Source: Candidatus Profftella armatura
Lineage (GTDB): Bacteria > Pseudomonadota > Gammaproteobacteria > Burkholderiales > Burkholderiaceae
DNA: 32,000 nucleotides
Assembly: GCF_000441555.1 (NCBI RefSeq)
Contig: NC_021885.1
Span: 240,001-272,000 of the forward strand
Direction of reading: 5' to 3'
Shown: piece after piece, positions 17,800 through 27,984 of the stretch
How positions within the stretch are numbered: position 1 is the stretch's first letter
Layout: every line of letters starts with the position of its first letter
The notes under the pieces: generated by a model
Databases searched by the model: none
The model's input: the letters and a program-made list of their open reading frames with translations, nothing else
What the model was told of the DNA's origin: nothing
Program-made: the position numbers and the translations under genes

Positions 17800-19134
17800 A
17801 TGATAGATATAAAATTACTTCGTAAAAATATTAATACTATTGCTTCTATTTTATTAACTCGTAATTTTTTTTTAGATGTAAATGAATTTCATAAAATAGA
17901 ATTAGAGCGCAAAAAAATACAGTTATATACTGAAAATTTAAGAAATAAAAGAAAAAAAATATCTCACAAAATAGGTCAAATGAAAGGTACTATAAATAAT
18001 AAAGATATTATTACTTCAATGACAGAGAAAGTTATTAAAATTGGAAATGATTTAAAATCTTCATCTGAAAAATTAAAAAAAATCCAATTAAAACTTAACA
18101 AATTTATATTATCAATACCTAATTTACCCCATAAAACAACTCCAATAGGCCTTAAAGAATCCGATAATTTAGAATTACGTAAAATCTCTAATCCACCTAT
18201 TTTAAATTTTGTAGCTAAAGATCATGTTGATTTAGGAATAGAATTAGGTTTAGATCTTGATTCCGCAATTCAAATAACTAGTGCTCGTTTTTCTGTTCTC
18301 AAAGGAGATATTGCTAGTTTACATAGGGCATTAACACAATTTATGTTAAATACTCATATTAATGATCATGGATATACTGAATGTTATATTCCATATATTG
18401 TTAATGAAAATTCTTTATACGGAACAGGTCAATTACCAAAATTTGAAGAAGATTTATTTATTGTAAAAAGAGGAGGTGAAAATGAAAATAAAGTAAATGA
18501 AAAGTTATTATATTTAATTCCAACATCTGAAGTACCATTGTTAAATTTATTTCGTAATAAAATTATTTGTTTTGATATGTTGCCTATTAAATTAACAGCA
18601 TATTCACCATGTTTTCGTTCTGAATCTAAAAGTTATGGGAGTGATACAAGAGGAATCATTCGACAACATCAATTTGATAAAGTAGAAATAGTACAAATTG
18701 TGAATCCAGATGATTCTTATCATGTATTAGAAGAAATGTTAGAACATGTAGAAAATATTTTAAAAAAATTAGGTTTAGTGTATAGAATTATTACATTATG
18801 TACCGGGCAAATAGGATTTAGTGCAGCAAAAACTTTTGATATTGAAGTATGGCTTCCAGGTCAAAATATATATCGTGAAATTTCATCAATTTCAAATTGT
18901 GAAGATTTTCAAGCAAGACGTTTAAAAAGTCGTTTCCGAAAAAATAAAGAAAAAAAACAAGAAATGGTTCATACATTAAATGGGTCTGGATTAGCTGTTG
19001 GAAGAACTTTAGTAGCTTTATTAGAAAATTTTCAAAGAAAAGATGGTAGTGTTGATATACCATCAGTTTTACATCCTTATATGAATGGAGTTACTAGTTT
19101 AAAAAAAATAACTAATAAAAAATATATATTTTAA
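17800..19134 (+). CDS. serS: Seryl-tRNA synthetase
   Basis: 444 aa. MIDIKLLRKN N-terminal coiled-coil arm. Class II core motifs are present (FRSESKSYGSDTRGIIRQHQFDKVE, TLNGSGLAVGRTLVALLEN). Confidence 0.93.
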   Translation: MIDIKLLRKNINTIASILLTRNFFLDVNEFHKIELERKKIQLYTENLRNKRKKISHKIGQMKGTINNKDIITSMTEKVIKIGNDLKSSSEKLKKIQLKLNKFILSIPNLPHKTTPIGLKESDNLELRKISNPPILNFVAKDHVDLGIELGLDLDSAIQITSARFSVLKGDIASLHRALTQFMLNTHINDHGYTECYIPYIVNENSLYGTGQLPKFEEDLFIVKRGGENENKVNEKLLYLIPTSEVPLLNLFRNKIICFDMLPIKLTAYSPCFRSESKSYGSDTRGIIRQHQFDKVEIVQIVNPDDSYHVLEEMLEHVENILKKLGLVYRIITLCTGQIGFSAAKTFDIEVWLPGQNIYREISSISNCEDFQARRLKSRFRKNKEKKQEMVHTLNGSGLAVGRTLVALLENFQRKDGSVDIPSVLHPYMNGVTSLKKITNKKYIF

Positions 19135-19778
19135 ATAGTATTTTTAAAACTTTTTAATAAACAAAAATTATTCCATAATTTATATTTATTATATGGGTTA
19201 TTTAATAGATATGAAATTTCATTAGTAACTAATATTAATATATCTTCAATGTAATATAAATCACCTGGATAAATATTTAAAACAGCATTTTTTTCATTTT
19301 CTGTTTTTATAATTTGTTTATTTTTATTGTCTATTATTTTTTCAACAATTTTTTCGCTAATTAATTGTAATTTAATTTCTCTTCCCATAAAAATTAAAAT
19401 AGAAGGATGATAATAAGTTATATATTTATTTAAGTCTATAAAATTACATTTTAATGTAATTTTTTTTTGCATATTAAATATATGCAAAATATTATTAAGT
19501 AATTCTTCTTCCTCTTTTATGTGAAAATCATTCATTATAAATAGATAACTAGTTTTATCAATTTTATTAATATCTTTACATAAAATTATAAGCATTTTAT
19601 TTTCATATATTTTATCTTTCTTTTTATTAAAATAATTATTTGACTTAAATGATATTAAATTTATTATTTTTTTATTATTATATAATTTATTACGTTCTAT
19701 CCATATTGGATTAATGCCAATTTCATTAAGTATAGTCATATAAATGATTAATTTTTTACTAATTTTATTTATATTCAT
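19131..19778 (-). CDS. Family-4 uracil-DNA glycosylase-like protein with degenerate catalytic motifs (function uncertain)
   Basis: 215 aa. Three blocks resemble betaproteobacterial UDG4-type proteins. EELLNNILHIFNM resembles GKLLDNML.ALGL. ILIFMGREIKLQL resembles VIL.MGR.A...L. ILILVTNEISYLLNNPYNKYKLWNNFCLLK resembles V.V.TYHPAYLLRNP..K...W.DL. The GEAPG catalytic motif is replaced (LCKDIN) and HP is replaced by NE. Confidence 0.4.
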   Translation of the reverse strand: MNINKISKKLIIYMTILNEIGINPIWIERNKLYNNKKIINLISFKSNNYFNKKKDKIYENKMLIILCKDINKIDKTSYLFIMNDFHIKEEEELLNNILHIFNMQKKITLKCNFIDLNKYITYYHPSILIFMGREIKLQLISEKIVEKIIDNKNKQIIKTENEKNAVLNIYPGDLYYIEDILILVTNEISYLLNNPYNKYKLWNNFCLLKSFKNTI

Positions 19779-19807
19779 AGTTTTAATTCATTAAGAAATT
19801 TAATTAT

Positions 19808-20521
19808 TTAATTTTTAATAATACGATCAGAAATAGTTTTTACAATTTTATTTCTAATATAAAGTGGTTGAACTTTATCTGATGTAACTAATTTATTTTT
19901 AATTGCTGTATAATAACCTAATTTTGCAATTTGACGCGCAGATGGAATAATTAATTTTTGAATATTATTAGTGGTTAGTATACATTTATCAAACAATATA
20001 GAATTGTAAAATTTATTTTTATACGCTTTTAATCCATTTCCACATAAAATTGGATTTCCTGTTGGGGTAATACATTCAATTGAGGATAAAGTAGGTTTAG
20101 TAATAATATCCCATCCTATATCTGAATTTATATAACTATATTGTGCCCAATATACTTTTCCCATATGAGCATCTAATATAGTTAAAACATCTTTTATATT
20201 AAAATATTCATAACAAGCTTGCGCCATTGCTTCTAACGTAATAATGGGAGCCACTAATAATTTTGCTCCGAATGATAAGCCTTGCGTGATACCGCACGCA
20301 ATTCGTATACCAGTAAAGGATCCTGGCCCAATTCCACATGCAATAAAACTGCATTGATTTAGTTTAATTTGAGCATGTTTTAATATCATTTGTATCATTG
20401 GTAAAACACATTGTGAATGTTTATTTTTATTATAAGATTCATAACTAAATAAACTATACTTATTTAGCAATGCTACACTTGAAATTTCAGTGGATGTTTC
20501 TATTGCAAGAATTGTGAACAT
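19808..20521 (-). CDS. tsaB: tRNA N6-threonylcarbamoyladenosine (t6A) biosynthesis protein TsaB (YeaZ)
   Basis: 237 aa. ILAIETSTEISSVALL N-terminus and GIGPGSFTGIRIACGITQGLSFG, typical of TsaB. Confidence 0.88.
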   Translation of the reverse strand: MFTILAIETSTEISSVALLNKYSLFSYESYNKNKHSQCVLPMIQMILKHAQIKLNQCSFIACGIGPGSFTGIRIACGITQGLSFGAKLLVAPIITLEAMAQACYEYFNIKDVLTILDAHMGKVYWAQYSYINSDIGWDIITKPTLSSIECITPTGNPILCGNGLKAYKNKFYNSILFDKCILTTNNIQKLIIPSARQIAKLGYYTAIKNKLVTSDKVQPLYIRNKIVKTISDRIIKN

Positions 20522-20564
20522 TTTTGAAATTAAATTTTTAAAATTTTTTAAAATATAAATATTT

Positions 20565-20990
20565 ATGACTTTTTTAAAGCTTAATAAGAATAATAAAAAT
20601 AATTTAAAATTAGCTATTTTACAAAAAAAATGGATTATAGCTTGTTTATGCGCAAGATGGTGTGATAATTGCCGAAAATATAAAATAAATTTTTTTAAAT
20701 TATCGCAACGTTATTTGAAATATTATTTCGTTTGGATTGATATTGAAGATCAATACCATATTATTGGTGATTTTGATATTAATAATTTTCCTACTTTGCT
20801 TATTCAATATGGTAATAAGGTACTTTTTTTTGGAGAAGTAGAATCTAAAATTTCTTTGACAGAATTTATATTTAATAATATATATCAAAAAAATAAAGAA
20901 TTAAATTCTAATTTTTTATTAGAAAAAGAAAATAAATTTTGGCAAAAAAATATTGAATTAAGTTTTAGGTTAAATAAAAATTATTTATGA
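20565..20990 (+). CDS. Thioredoxin-fold protein with atypical CxxC motif (WCDNC)
   Basis: 141 aa. ACLCARWCDNCRKY, followed by FVWIDIED and NNFPTLLI (the cis-Pro region of a thioredoxin fold). Confidence 0.6.
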   Translation: MTFLKLNKNNKNNLKLAILQKKWIIACLCARWCDNCRKYKINFFKLSQRYLKYYFVWIDIEDQYHIIGDFDINNFPTLLIQYGNKVLFFGEVESKISLTEFIFNNIYQKNKELNSNFLLEKENKFWQKNIELSFRLNKNYL

Positions 20991-21094
20991 AATTAATTTT
21001 ATTAAAAATAAATTAAAAATAATTAATATATTAGTTTATAATATTATACAATTATAATATTATAAAAATAATTTTAATATATAAATATATGAAC

Positions 21095-21183
21095 GGAGAT
21101 GTGGCCGAGTGGCTAAAGGCACTTCCCTGCTAAGGAAGCATACGAGTTTTATTGTATCGTGGGTTCGAATCCCACCATCTCCA
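21095..21183 (+). tRNA. tRNA-Ser (anticodon GCU), class II with long variable arm; CCA not encoded
   Basis: Acceptor stem ggagatg/catctcc. Anticodon stem cttcc/ggaag with loop ctGCTaa. Long variable arm. T-arm gtggg-ttcgaat-cccac. Discriminator a. Confidence 0.9.
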
Positions 21184-21229
21184 ATAAAATTTATAAAATT
21201 TTTTAATTTTAAATATTTCAAATAATTGA

Positions 21230-23071
21230 TTAAGTAAATTTATGTAATTTTTTCTTTCTTTCATTTTCTTTTAAAAAACGTTTTCTTAAACGAATATTTT
21301 TTGGAGTTATTTCCACAAGTTCATCATCATTGATAAATTCAATTGCATATTCTAGTGTTATCTTAATAGGCGATATAAGCTGTATAGCTTCATCACTTCC
21401 GGAAGAACGAATATTTGTAAGTTGCTTTTCTTTGATTGGATTTACAAGTAAATCATTATCTCTAGAATGAATACCAATAATCATTCCTTCATATACTAAA
21501 TCGTTATGATTAATAAATAAACGACCACGGTCTTGTAATTTCCATAAAGAATATGCAACTGCTTTACCAGAATATTGAGAAATTAATACACCATTTCTGC
21601 GTTTTCCTAAATCATATTTTGATTTATTGTAAAACGGCGCGTATTCCTCAAATACATGACTTATTAACCCAGTTCCTCGTGTTAATGTTATAAATTCATT
21701 TTGAAAGCCAATTAATCCTCTAGATGGAATACGATATTCTAAACGCACTCTTTCTTTTTCATTAATTTCTATATTTTTTAAATCTCCACCACGGTAATTA
21801 AGTTTTTGCATAATAATACCTTGATTAATTTCCTCAATATCTACAAAAAGATTTTCGTATGGTTCATACAGTTCACCATTTAATGTTTTAAAAATTACAC
21901 GCGGGCGAGATACTGATAACTCATAACCTTCACGACGCATATTTTCTATTAAAATAGTTAGGTGTAATTCTCCTCTTCCGGATACCTCGTAAATTGAATC
22001 ATCATGTTTATTTTGAGTTACACGAAGTCCTATATTATTCTTAATTTCGTGATCAAGACGATTTTTAATTTGACGTGTTGTAATAAATTTTCCCTCACGC
22101 CCAGCTAAAGGAGAGTTATTAACCATAAAATTTATCGTTAAAGTAGGTTCATCTATATTTAACATTGGTAAACCATTTGGTTTACTTGGGTCACAAATAG
22201 TGGAACCAATACAAATTTCTTCAATTCCAGTAATTAAAACAATATCTCCAGATAATGCTTCGTTTACTAATACACGATCTAAACCTTTAAAAACTCGAAT
22301 TTGATTGATTTTAGCTTTATTGGGTTTGTCATCTGGTCCATTCATAATCACTACATCTTGTAGAGATTTAATACGCCCACTTAAAATTCTTCCAATACCT
22401 ATTTTTCCTAAATACGAAGAATATTCTAATGATATTATTTGTAATTGTAGTGGGTTATTAGAATTATCTTTGTGTACAGGAACATATTTTAATATAGCTT
22501 CAAATAATGGAATCATATTACCTTGACGAGCTTTTGAATTTTCATTTGCGTAACCATGTAATGCTGAAGTATAAATTACTGGAAAATCTAATTGTTCTTC
22601 TGTTGCGCACAGTTTATCAAATAAATCAAAAGTTGCATCAACTACCCATTCTGGTCGAGCATTAGATCTATCAATTTTATTAACTACAACAATTGGTTTA
22701 AAACCTAGTTTTAAAGCTTTACGTGTTACGAAGCGTGTTTGAGGCATAGGTCCTTCTACTGCATCAATAAGAAGTAAAACATTATCTACCATTGATAAAA
22801 TACGCTCAACTTCTCCACCAAAATCAGCATGACCAGGAGTATCAATAATATTAATTCGAGTACCATTATACTCAATAGAACAATTTTTAGAAAAAATTGT
22901 AATACCCCGTTCTTTTTCGATTTCATTTGAATCCATTATACGCGCATTAATATTTTGATTTTTACGAAATGTTCCTGATTGACGCAATAAATGATCAATA
23001 AGAGTAGTTTTACCATGATCAACATGAGCAATAATTGCTATATTCCTGAAAGAACGTTTTGTTTTTAACAT
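21230..23071 (-). CDS. typA: Translational GTPase TypA/BipA
   Basis: 613 aa. RNIAIIAHVDHGKTTLIDHLLRQSGTF, DTPGHADFGGEVER and NKIDR G-motifs. The length and C-terminal region are TypA-like. Confidence 0.93.
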   Translation of the reverse strand: MLKTKRSFRNIAIIAHVDHGKTTLIDHLLRQSGTFRKNQNINARIMDSNEIEKERGITIFSKNCSIEYNGTRINIIDTPGHADFGGEVERILSMVDNVLLLIDAVEGPMPQTRFVTRKALKLGFKPIVVVNKIDRSNARPEWVVDATFDLFDKLCATEEQLDFPVIYTSALHGYANENSKARQGNMIPLFEAILKYVPVHKDNSNNPLQLQIISLEYSSYLGKIGIGRILSGRIKSLQDVVIMNGPDDKPNKAKINQIRVFKGLDRVLVNEALSGDIVLITGIEEICIGSTICDPSKPNGLPMLNIDEPTLTINFMVNNSPLAGREGKFITTRQIKNRLDHEIKNNIGLRVTQNKHDDSIYEVSGRGELHLTILIENMRREGYELSVSRPRVIFKTLNGELYEPYENLFVDIEEINQGIIMQKLNYRGGDLKNIEINEKERVRLEYRIPSRGLIGFQNEFITLTRGTGLISHVFEEYAPFYNKSKYDLGKRRNGVLISQYSGKAVAYSLWKLQDRGRLFINHNDLVYEGMIIGIHSRDNDLLVNPIKEKQLTNIRSSGSDEAIQLISPIKITLEYAIEFINDDELVEITPKNIRLRKRFLKENERKKKLHKFT

Positions 23072-23138
23072 AAAATTTATAAAATTAATATCAATTTAAT
23101 ATACTAAAATTAGTTAATATTTTTATAAAATATAATTA

Positions 23139-24083
23139 TTAAAATAATGAAATGAGACGAACTGGAGTTAATAAAAAAAAATTATTTATAAAACCAATCC
23201 CAAGAAATTGACAATTTTTTTTATTATAAACACGAACTTTATTATTTGAAATAAAACCTGATTTAATTAATATATAAATATTTTCATCAGATAAAAATAA
23301 ATTTTGTCCATGTAAAAAACGTTTAGATAATAAATCTGATAAATAAATAATTCCAAATGATGATAATAAAATATCTATTGGAATTAATGATGAAATACGT
23401 TCATATTCTGAGTATTTAATAATTGTATCAATATTTAAACACTTATCTAATGTTAATTTATCAATTCCAATGCGACGTAAGTATTTTAAATGCGCGCCAC
23501 ATCCTAACATTTTTCCTATATCTTCACTAAGTACACGTATATATGTCCCTTTGCTACAATGTATACGTAAAGTTAAATATGGAATAGTGTAATCGATTAT
23601 TGTAATTTTATATATCTTAATATATCTTAATTTTCTTTTTATGGTTATACCGGATCTAGCATATTTATATAAGGGTATTCCTTTATATTTTAATGCAGAA
23701 TACATCGGCGGAATTTGAGAAATTTTTCCATGAAAATTTATTAAAATTTTTTCAATAATTTCTATTGAATTTGGAATATTTTTATTAAAATCAATGATTT
23801 TACCTTCAATATCCCCTGTTTCAGTAGTAATTCCTAAATGTATAATAGCTTCATAATATTTATCTGCCTCAGATAAATAATTAGAAAATTTTGTTGCCTC
23901 TCCAAAACATAAAGGCAATAAACCTGTTGCAAATGGATCTAATGTACCAGTATAACCAACTTTTTTAGCATTTAATAAATATTTGATTTTTTTTAATGCA
24001 TTATTACTAGATAAACCATATGGTTTATCTAGTAATAAAACACCATGAATAATATTTTTATTTTTTTTAATATGAAATTGCAT
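23139..24083 (-). CDS. truB: tRNA pseudouridine(55) synthase TruB
   Basis: 314 aa. GVLLLDKPYGLSSNNALKKIK ... KVGYTGTLDPFATGLLPLCFGEATK with the catalytic Asp motif. It sits in the conserved nusA-infB-rbfA-truB order. Confidence 0.92.
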   Translation of the reverse strand: MQFHIKKNKNIIHGVLLLDKPYGLSSNNALKKIKYLLNAKKVGYTGTLDPFATGLLPLCFGEATKFSNYLSEADKYYEAIIHLGITTETGDIEGKIIDFNKNIPNSIEIIEKILINFHGKISQIPPMYSALKYKGIPLYKYARSGITIKRKLRYIKIYKITIIDYTIPYLTLRIHCSKGTYIRVLSEDIGKMLGCGAHLKYLRRIGIDKLTLDKCLNIDTIIKYSEYERISSLIPIDILLSSFGIIYLSDLLSKRFLHGQNLFLSDENIYILIKSGFISNNKVRVYNKKNCQFLGIGFINNFFLLTPVRLISLF

Positions 24084-24126
24084 ACAATATTTAATCTATA
24101 ATTTAATTAAAATAAAAATATTAAAA

Positions 24127-24498
24127 TTAATTATTAGTATTTTTATTTAAAACCCCATCGATTAATTTAGATATCATCATAGCATTTTCTATAGAATTAT
24201 CATAAAAAAAATTAAGAATAGGCAAGGTATGAATGTGTAATTTTTTAGAAAGCTTAAATCGAATATAATTTTTAGCTTTAGATAAATTATCTAAAATATT
24301 TTTAATAGAAATATCTTTATTAAAAGTTGTAAAAAAAATTTTAGCATAAGAATAATCTAAAGTTATTTTTACTTCTGTAATTGTAATAATATTTATTATT
24401 GGATTTTGAATATCAAATGCAATAATTTCTGAGATATCACGTTGAATTTGATTTTCTATTCGAGATAATCTTTCTAAAGTATTTTTTTTTTGATTCAT
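24127..24498 (-). CDS. rbfA: Ribosome-binding factor A
   Basis: 123 aa. Position between infB and truB, plus size and an RbfA-like sequence (RLSRIENQIQRDISEII). Confidence 0.85.
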   Translation of the reverse strand: MNQKKNTLERLSRIENQIQRDISEIIAFDIQNPIINIITITEVKITLDYSYAKIFFTTFNKDISIKNILDNLSKAKNYIRFKLSKKLHIHTLPILNFFYDNSIENAMMISKLIDGVLNKNTNN

Positions 24499-24557
24499 TT
24501 TATTTATTTAAAATTTATTTTTTAATATTTATATTATTAATTAATTTATTTATTAAT

Positions 24558-26537
24558 TTATATATTTTTTGTAATTGTATGAACTTCGAAAATTTCAAGA
24601 CGATCTCCTATAACTATTTCATTATAGTTTTTTAATGAAATACCACATTCAAAACCAGCTTTTACTTCCTTAACGTTATCCTTGAAACGTTTTAATGAAT
24701 CTAGTTCTCCCGTCCAAATTATATTTTTATTACGTAATATTCGAATTTTTGAATCACGACGTATAAGTCCTTCTAAAATATAACAACCAGCAATTTTACT
24801 AACTTTATTAACCAAAATAACTTGACGAATTTCAGCTAATCCTAATAAATTTTCTTTTTTTTCTAAAGGTATTAAATTCGTTATTTCTGATTTAATTTCT
24901 TTAATAATATTATAAATAATATTATGATAACGAATATTTATATTGTTAATTTGAGCTAATTTTCTAGTAGATGCATCAGCCCGCACATTGAATCCAATAA
25001 TTATTGCTTTAGAAGCAATTGCTAAATTAATATCTGATTCATTAATATTTCCAACTGCATTATGTATTACTTGTATTTTAACTTTATCAGTTGATAAATT
25101 TTTTAAACTTTCTGTTAAAACTTCTCGTGATCCATAAACATCTGTTTTAATAATTATTAATAAATTTTTTACTTTTTCCTTATTAATATCATTAAACATA
25201 TTTTCCGTTTTATGGAGTTTTTGTTTCGATAATTTAACATCACGAAATTTACCTTGACGAAACAAACCAATTTCACGAGCTTTTTTTTCATTTAATATAA
25301 CAAATAATTCTTCTCCTGAAAAAGGTACTTTTGTTAATCCTTGAATTTCCACAGGAATTGATGGGCCAGCTTCAAGAATATTTTTACCATTTTCATTTAA
25401 CATAGATCGTATTCGACCATAACTTGCGCCAGCAACGACTATATCACTACAACGTAGTGTACCAGATTGTATTAAAACAGTAGCCACAGGCCCTTTTCCT
25501 TTATCTAATCGAGATTCAATAATTACCCCTTTTGCTGGAGTTGTAACAGGAGCTTTTAATTCCAAAATTTCAGCTTGTAATGAAATATTTTCTAGCAATT
25601 TATTGATACCCACACCAGTTTTTGCGGAAATAGATATAAAAGGGGATGCGCCACCATATTCCTCTGGAATTACTTGTTCAGAAATTAAGTCTTGTTTTAT
25701 ACGATCTAAATTAATATCTAATTTATCAATTTTATTAATAGCTACTATTAATGGAACTCCACTAATTTTAGCATGTGCAATTGCCTCTCGTGTCTGAGGC
25801 ATTACTCCATCATCTGCAGCAACTACTAAAACTACTATATCAGTAACTTTAGCTCCTCTAGCTCGCATCGCAGTAAATGCTTCATGCCCAGGAGTATCTA
25901 AAAAAGTAATTGATCCATGATTTGTTACAACATTATAAGCCCCAATATGCTGGGTGATTCCTCCCGCTTCACTAAATACTACATTAGTTTTTCGAATATA
26001 ATCTAATAAAGAGGTTTTTCCATGATCAACGTGCCCCATAATAGTAACAATAGGTGCTCTAACTAATGATTCAGCTGTAATATTTTTATTATATTCATTT
26101 AACAGAAAAGATTCAGGATCATTTAATTTAGAAGCATGTGCGACATGCCCCATTTCTTCAACCAAAATCATTGCGGTTTCTTGGTCTAAAACTTGATTAA
26201 TAGTAACCATTTGTCCTAATTTCATCAGGTTTTTAATTACCACTGATGATTTTACCGACATTTTATGCGCTAATTCTGAAACTATAATAGTTTCAGGAAT
26301 ATATATATTTTTAATTATAGAATCAGTTGGTATTTGAAAATTTGTTTTATAATTTTCATTATTTTTATAATTTTTTTGTATTATACGATTATTACCACGA
26401 TTATTTCTACGTTTTTTATGAAAATTATTATTCAATTTATGTGATTTTTTTTCTAATTTAGTTGTATTTTTATTGAATATATTTAATTTTTTTATATCTT
26501 TTTTTTTATTTGATGATTTATTGGATTTATTTAACAT
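24558..26537 (-). CDS. infB: Translation initiation factor IF-2 (shortened N-terminal region)
   Basis: 659 aa. [37 protein letters not shown] and NKIDK G-motifs. A conserved C-terminal domain is present. The N-terminus is short and rich in Lys/Asn. Confidence 0.95.
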   Translation of the reverse strand: MLNKSNKSSNKKKDIKKLNIFNKNTTKLEKKSHKLNNNFHKKRRNNRGNNRIIQKNYKNNENYKTNFQIPTDSIIKNIYIPETIIVSELAHKMSVKSSVVIKNLMKLGQMVTINQVLDQETAMILVEEMGHVAHASKLNDPESFLLNEYNKNITAESLVRAPIVTIMGHVDHGKTSLLDYIRKTNVVFSEAGGITQHIGAYNVVTNHGSITFLDTPGHEAFTAMRARGAKVTDIVVLVVAADDGVMPQTREAIAHAKISGVPLIVAINKIDKLDINLDRIKQDLISEQVIPEEYGGASPFISISAKTGVGINKLLENISLQAEILELKAPVTTPAKGVIIESRLDKGKGPVATVLIQSGTLRCSDIVVAGASYGRIRSMLNENGKNILEAGPSIPVEIQGLTKVPFSGEELFVILNEKKAREIGLFRQGKFRDVKLSKQKLHKTENMFNDINKEKVKNLLIIIKTDVYGSREVLTESLKNLSTDKVKIQVIHNAVGNINESDINLAIASKAIIIGFNVRADASTRKLAQINNINIRYHNIIYNIIKEIKSEITNLIPLEKKENLLGLAEIRQVILVNKVSKIAGCYILEGLIRRDSKIRILRNKNIIWTGELDSLKRFKDNVKEVKAGFECGISLKNYNEIVIGDRLEIFEVHTITKNI

Positions 26538-26633
26538 ACTTTAAAAGTATATAGGATTTATATATAACATTTATTTAATAATATTTATTTTTTAAAATTT
26601 TTGTAATTTTAGTAATTTTTATAAAAATATTAA

Positions 26634-27722
26634 TTAATAATATATTCTTTTATAGAATTTTTGATTTGATTGATTAGTAGAAATATTAATTTTCCATCCG
26701 GTTAAATTTGATGCTAATCGTACATTTTGTCCATTACGACCAATTGCAATTGCTAAATTTTCTTCATTAACTATTACATCCATCATATGTTTTTGTTCAT
26801 TTACTATCATAGAGAGTATATTTGCAGGAGATAATGCACTAATAACAAATTTTTTTGGGTCCTTTGACCAAAGTATAATATCAATACGTTCTCCTCTAAG
26901 TTCCCCAATAACAGCTTGTACACGAGATCCTCGTATCCCAACACACGCTCCAATTGGATCTATATGTTTATTTAGAGAATATACAGCTATTTTTGAACGA
27001 ATACCTGGATCACGTGCAGCTGATTTAATTTCTAAAGAACCTTGTTCTATTTCAGGAACTTCTAATCTAAATAAATTTATAATAAATTCCGGTGAAACAC
27101 GAGATAAAATTATATAAGGTTTTTTATATATTTTATTGTTATTATAATTACATTCAATTTGTTGAATATAAGCACGTAAACGATCTCCAATTCGAAAATT
27201 TTCTTTTGGAATCATTTTGTTTCTTGGTAAACGAGCTTCAATTCTTCCCAATTCAACAATGGCATCTCCATTGTATTCTATACGTTTAACTGTTCCAACA
27301 ACTAAGGAGTCATTTTGTTTAAGAAAATCAGATAAAATTTTTTTACGTTCTGCGTCTCGAATACACTGCAAAACTAACTGCTTAGTATCTTGAGCAAAAC
27401 GACGACCAATATCAACCGATTCTATTGGTTCTTCAATATAATCATTAATTTCTATATTTGGAATTCTTTCTAAAGCCTCAAAATGCAATACTTCTTGATC
27501 AGGTAATTGAAGCCCGGCATCATTTGGTACAACATGCCAACGACGAAAAGATTCAGAAAATCCTTTTTCTCGATCAATTGATACACGAATATCAACTTCG
27601 CCTTTATAACGTTTTTTTGTTGCTTGAGCAAGCGCATGCTCTAAAGATTTAAAAATCACTTCTTCATCGATATTTTTTTCTCGTGCTAAAGCATTTATTA
27701 AGTATAAAATTTCACGACTCAT
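26634..27722 (-). CDS. nusA: Transcription termination/antitermination factor NusA (lacks C-terminal acidic repeat domains)
   Basis: 362 aa. The [40 protein letters not shown]-terminal domain, S1 and two KH regions are present ([40 protein letters not shown]). The protein ends shortly after KH2. A GGGGG Shine-Dalgarno-like run lies just upstream of the ATG. Confidence 0.93.
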   Translation of the reverse strand: MSREILYLINALAREKNIDEEVIFKSLEHALAQATKKRYKGEVDIRVSIDREKGFSESFRRWHVVPNDAGLQLPDQEVLHFEALERIPNIEINDYIEEPIESVDIGRRFAQDTKQLVLQCIRDAERKKILSDFLKQNDSLVVGTVKRIEYNGDAIVELGRIEARLPRNKMIPKENFRIGDRLRAYIQQIECNYNNNKIYKKPYIILSRVSPEFIINLFRLEVPEIEQGSLEIKSAARDPGIRSKIAVYSLNKHIDPIGACVGIRGSRVQAVIGELRGERIDIILWSKDPKKFVISALSPANILSMIVNEQKHMMDVIVNEENLAIAIGRNGQNVRLASNLTGWKINISTNQSNQKFYKRIYY

Positions 27723-27984
27723 ATTGACCCCCGAAATTTACTTATAAATATAAAAATATATTTTATCTAAATTATATAATAATCTATTATTACATTTTTT
27801 AAAATAAATATTAATTATTAATTTCTAAAAATTCCATAATAATTAACTTTTAATTTTTTTATTTTATAAAGTATATATTTAAATATTTATATTATAAATT
27901 AATTTAATAATTTTTATTATATATTTTAAAAATTTTTTACATCATTTTAATTCAAAAAATCAATTTATTAAAATTTTTATATAC

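Noticed and set aside
18818-19063. Nested or antisense ORFs inside housekeeping genes (18818-19063 in serS, 20700-20888 in the trx-like gene, 22305-22526 in typA, 25603-25797 in infB, 27092-27289 and 27458-27652 in nusA, 30895-31182 in atpD)
   Set aside because: All lie opposite well-conserved genes. The longer ones occur in the relatively GC-richer conserved segments, where antisense stops are rarer. None shows family similarity.
20522-20564. TATAAT-like and TTGAAA-like hexamers in the tsaB/trx-like divergent intergenic region as promoters
   Set aside because: In DNA this A+T-rich such hexamers occur everywhere, including inside genes. Promoter calls cannot be supported from sequence alone.
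27723-27984. A possible rimP pseudogene remnant upstream of nusA
   Set aside because: By-eye translation of the minus strand gives only stop-riddled low-complexity sequence with no RimP-like block. I recorded it only as an unusually long gap.
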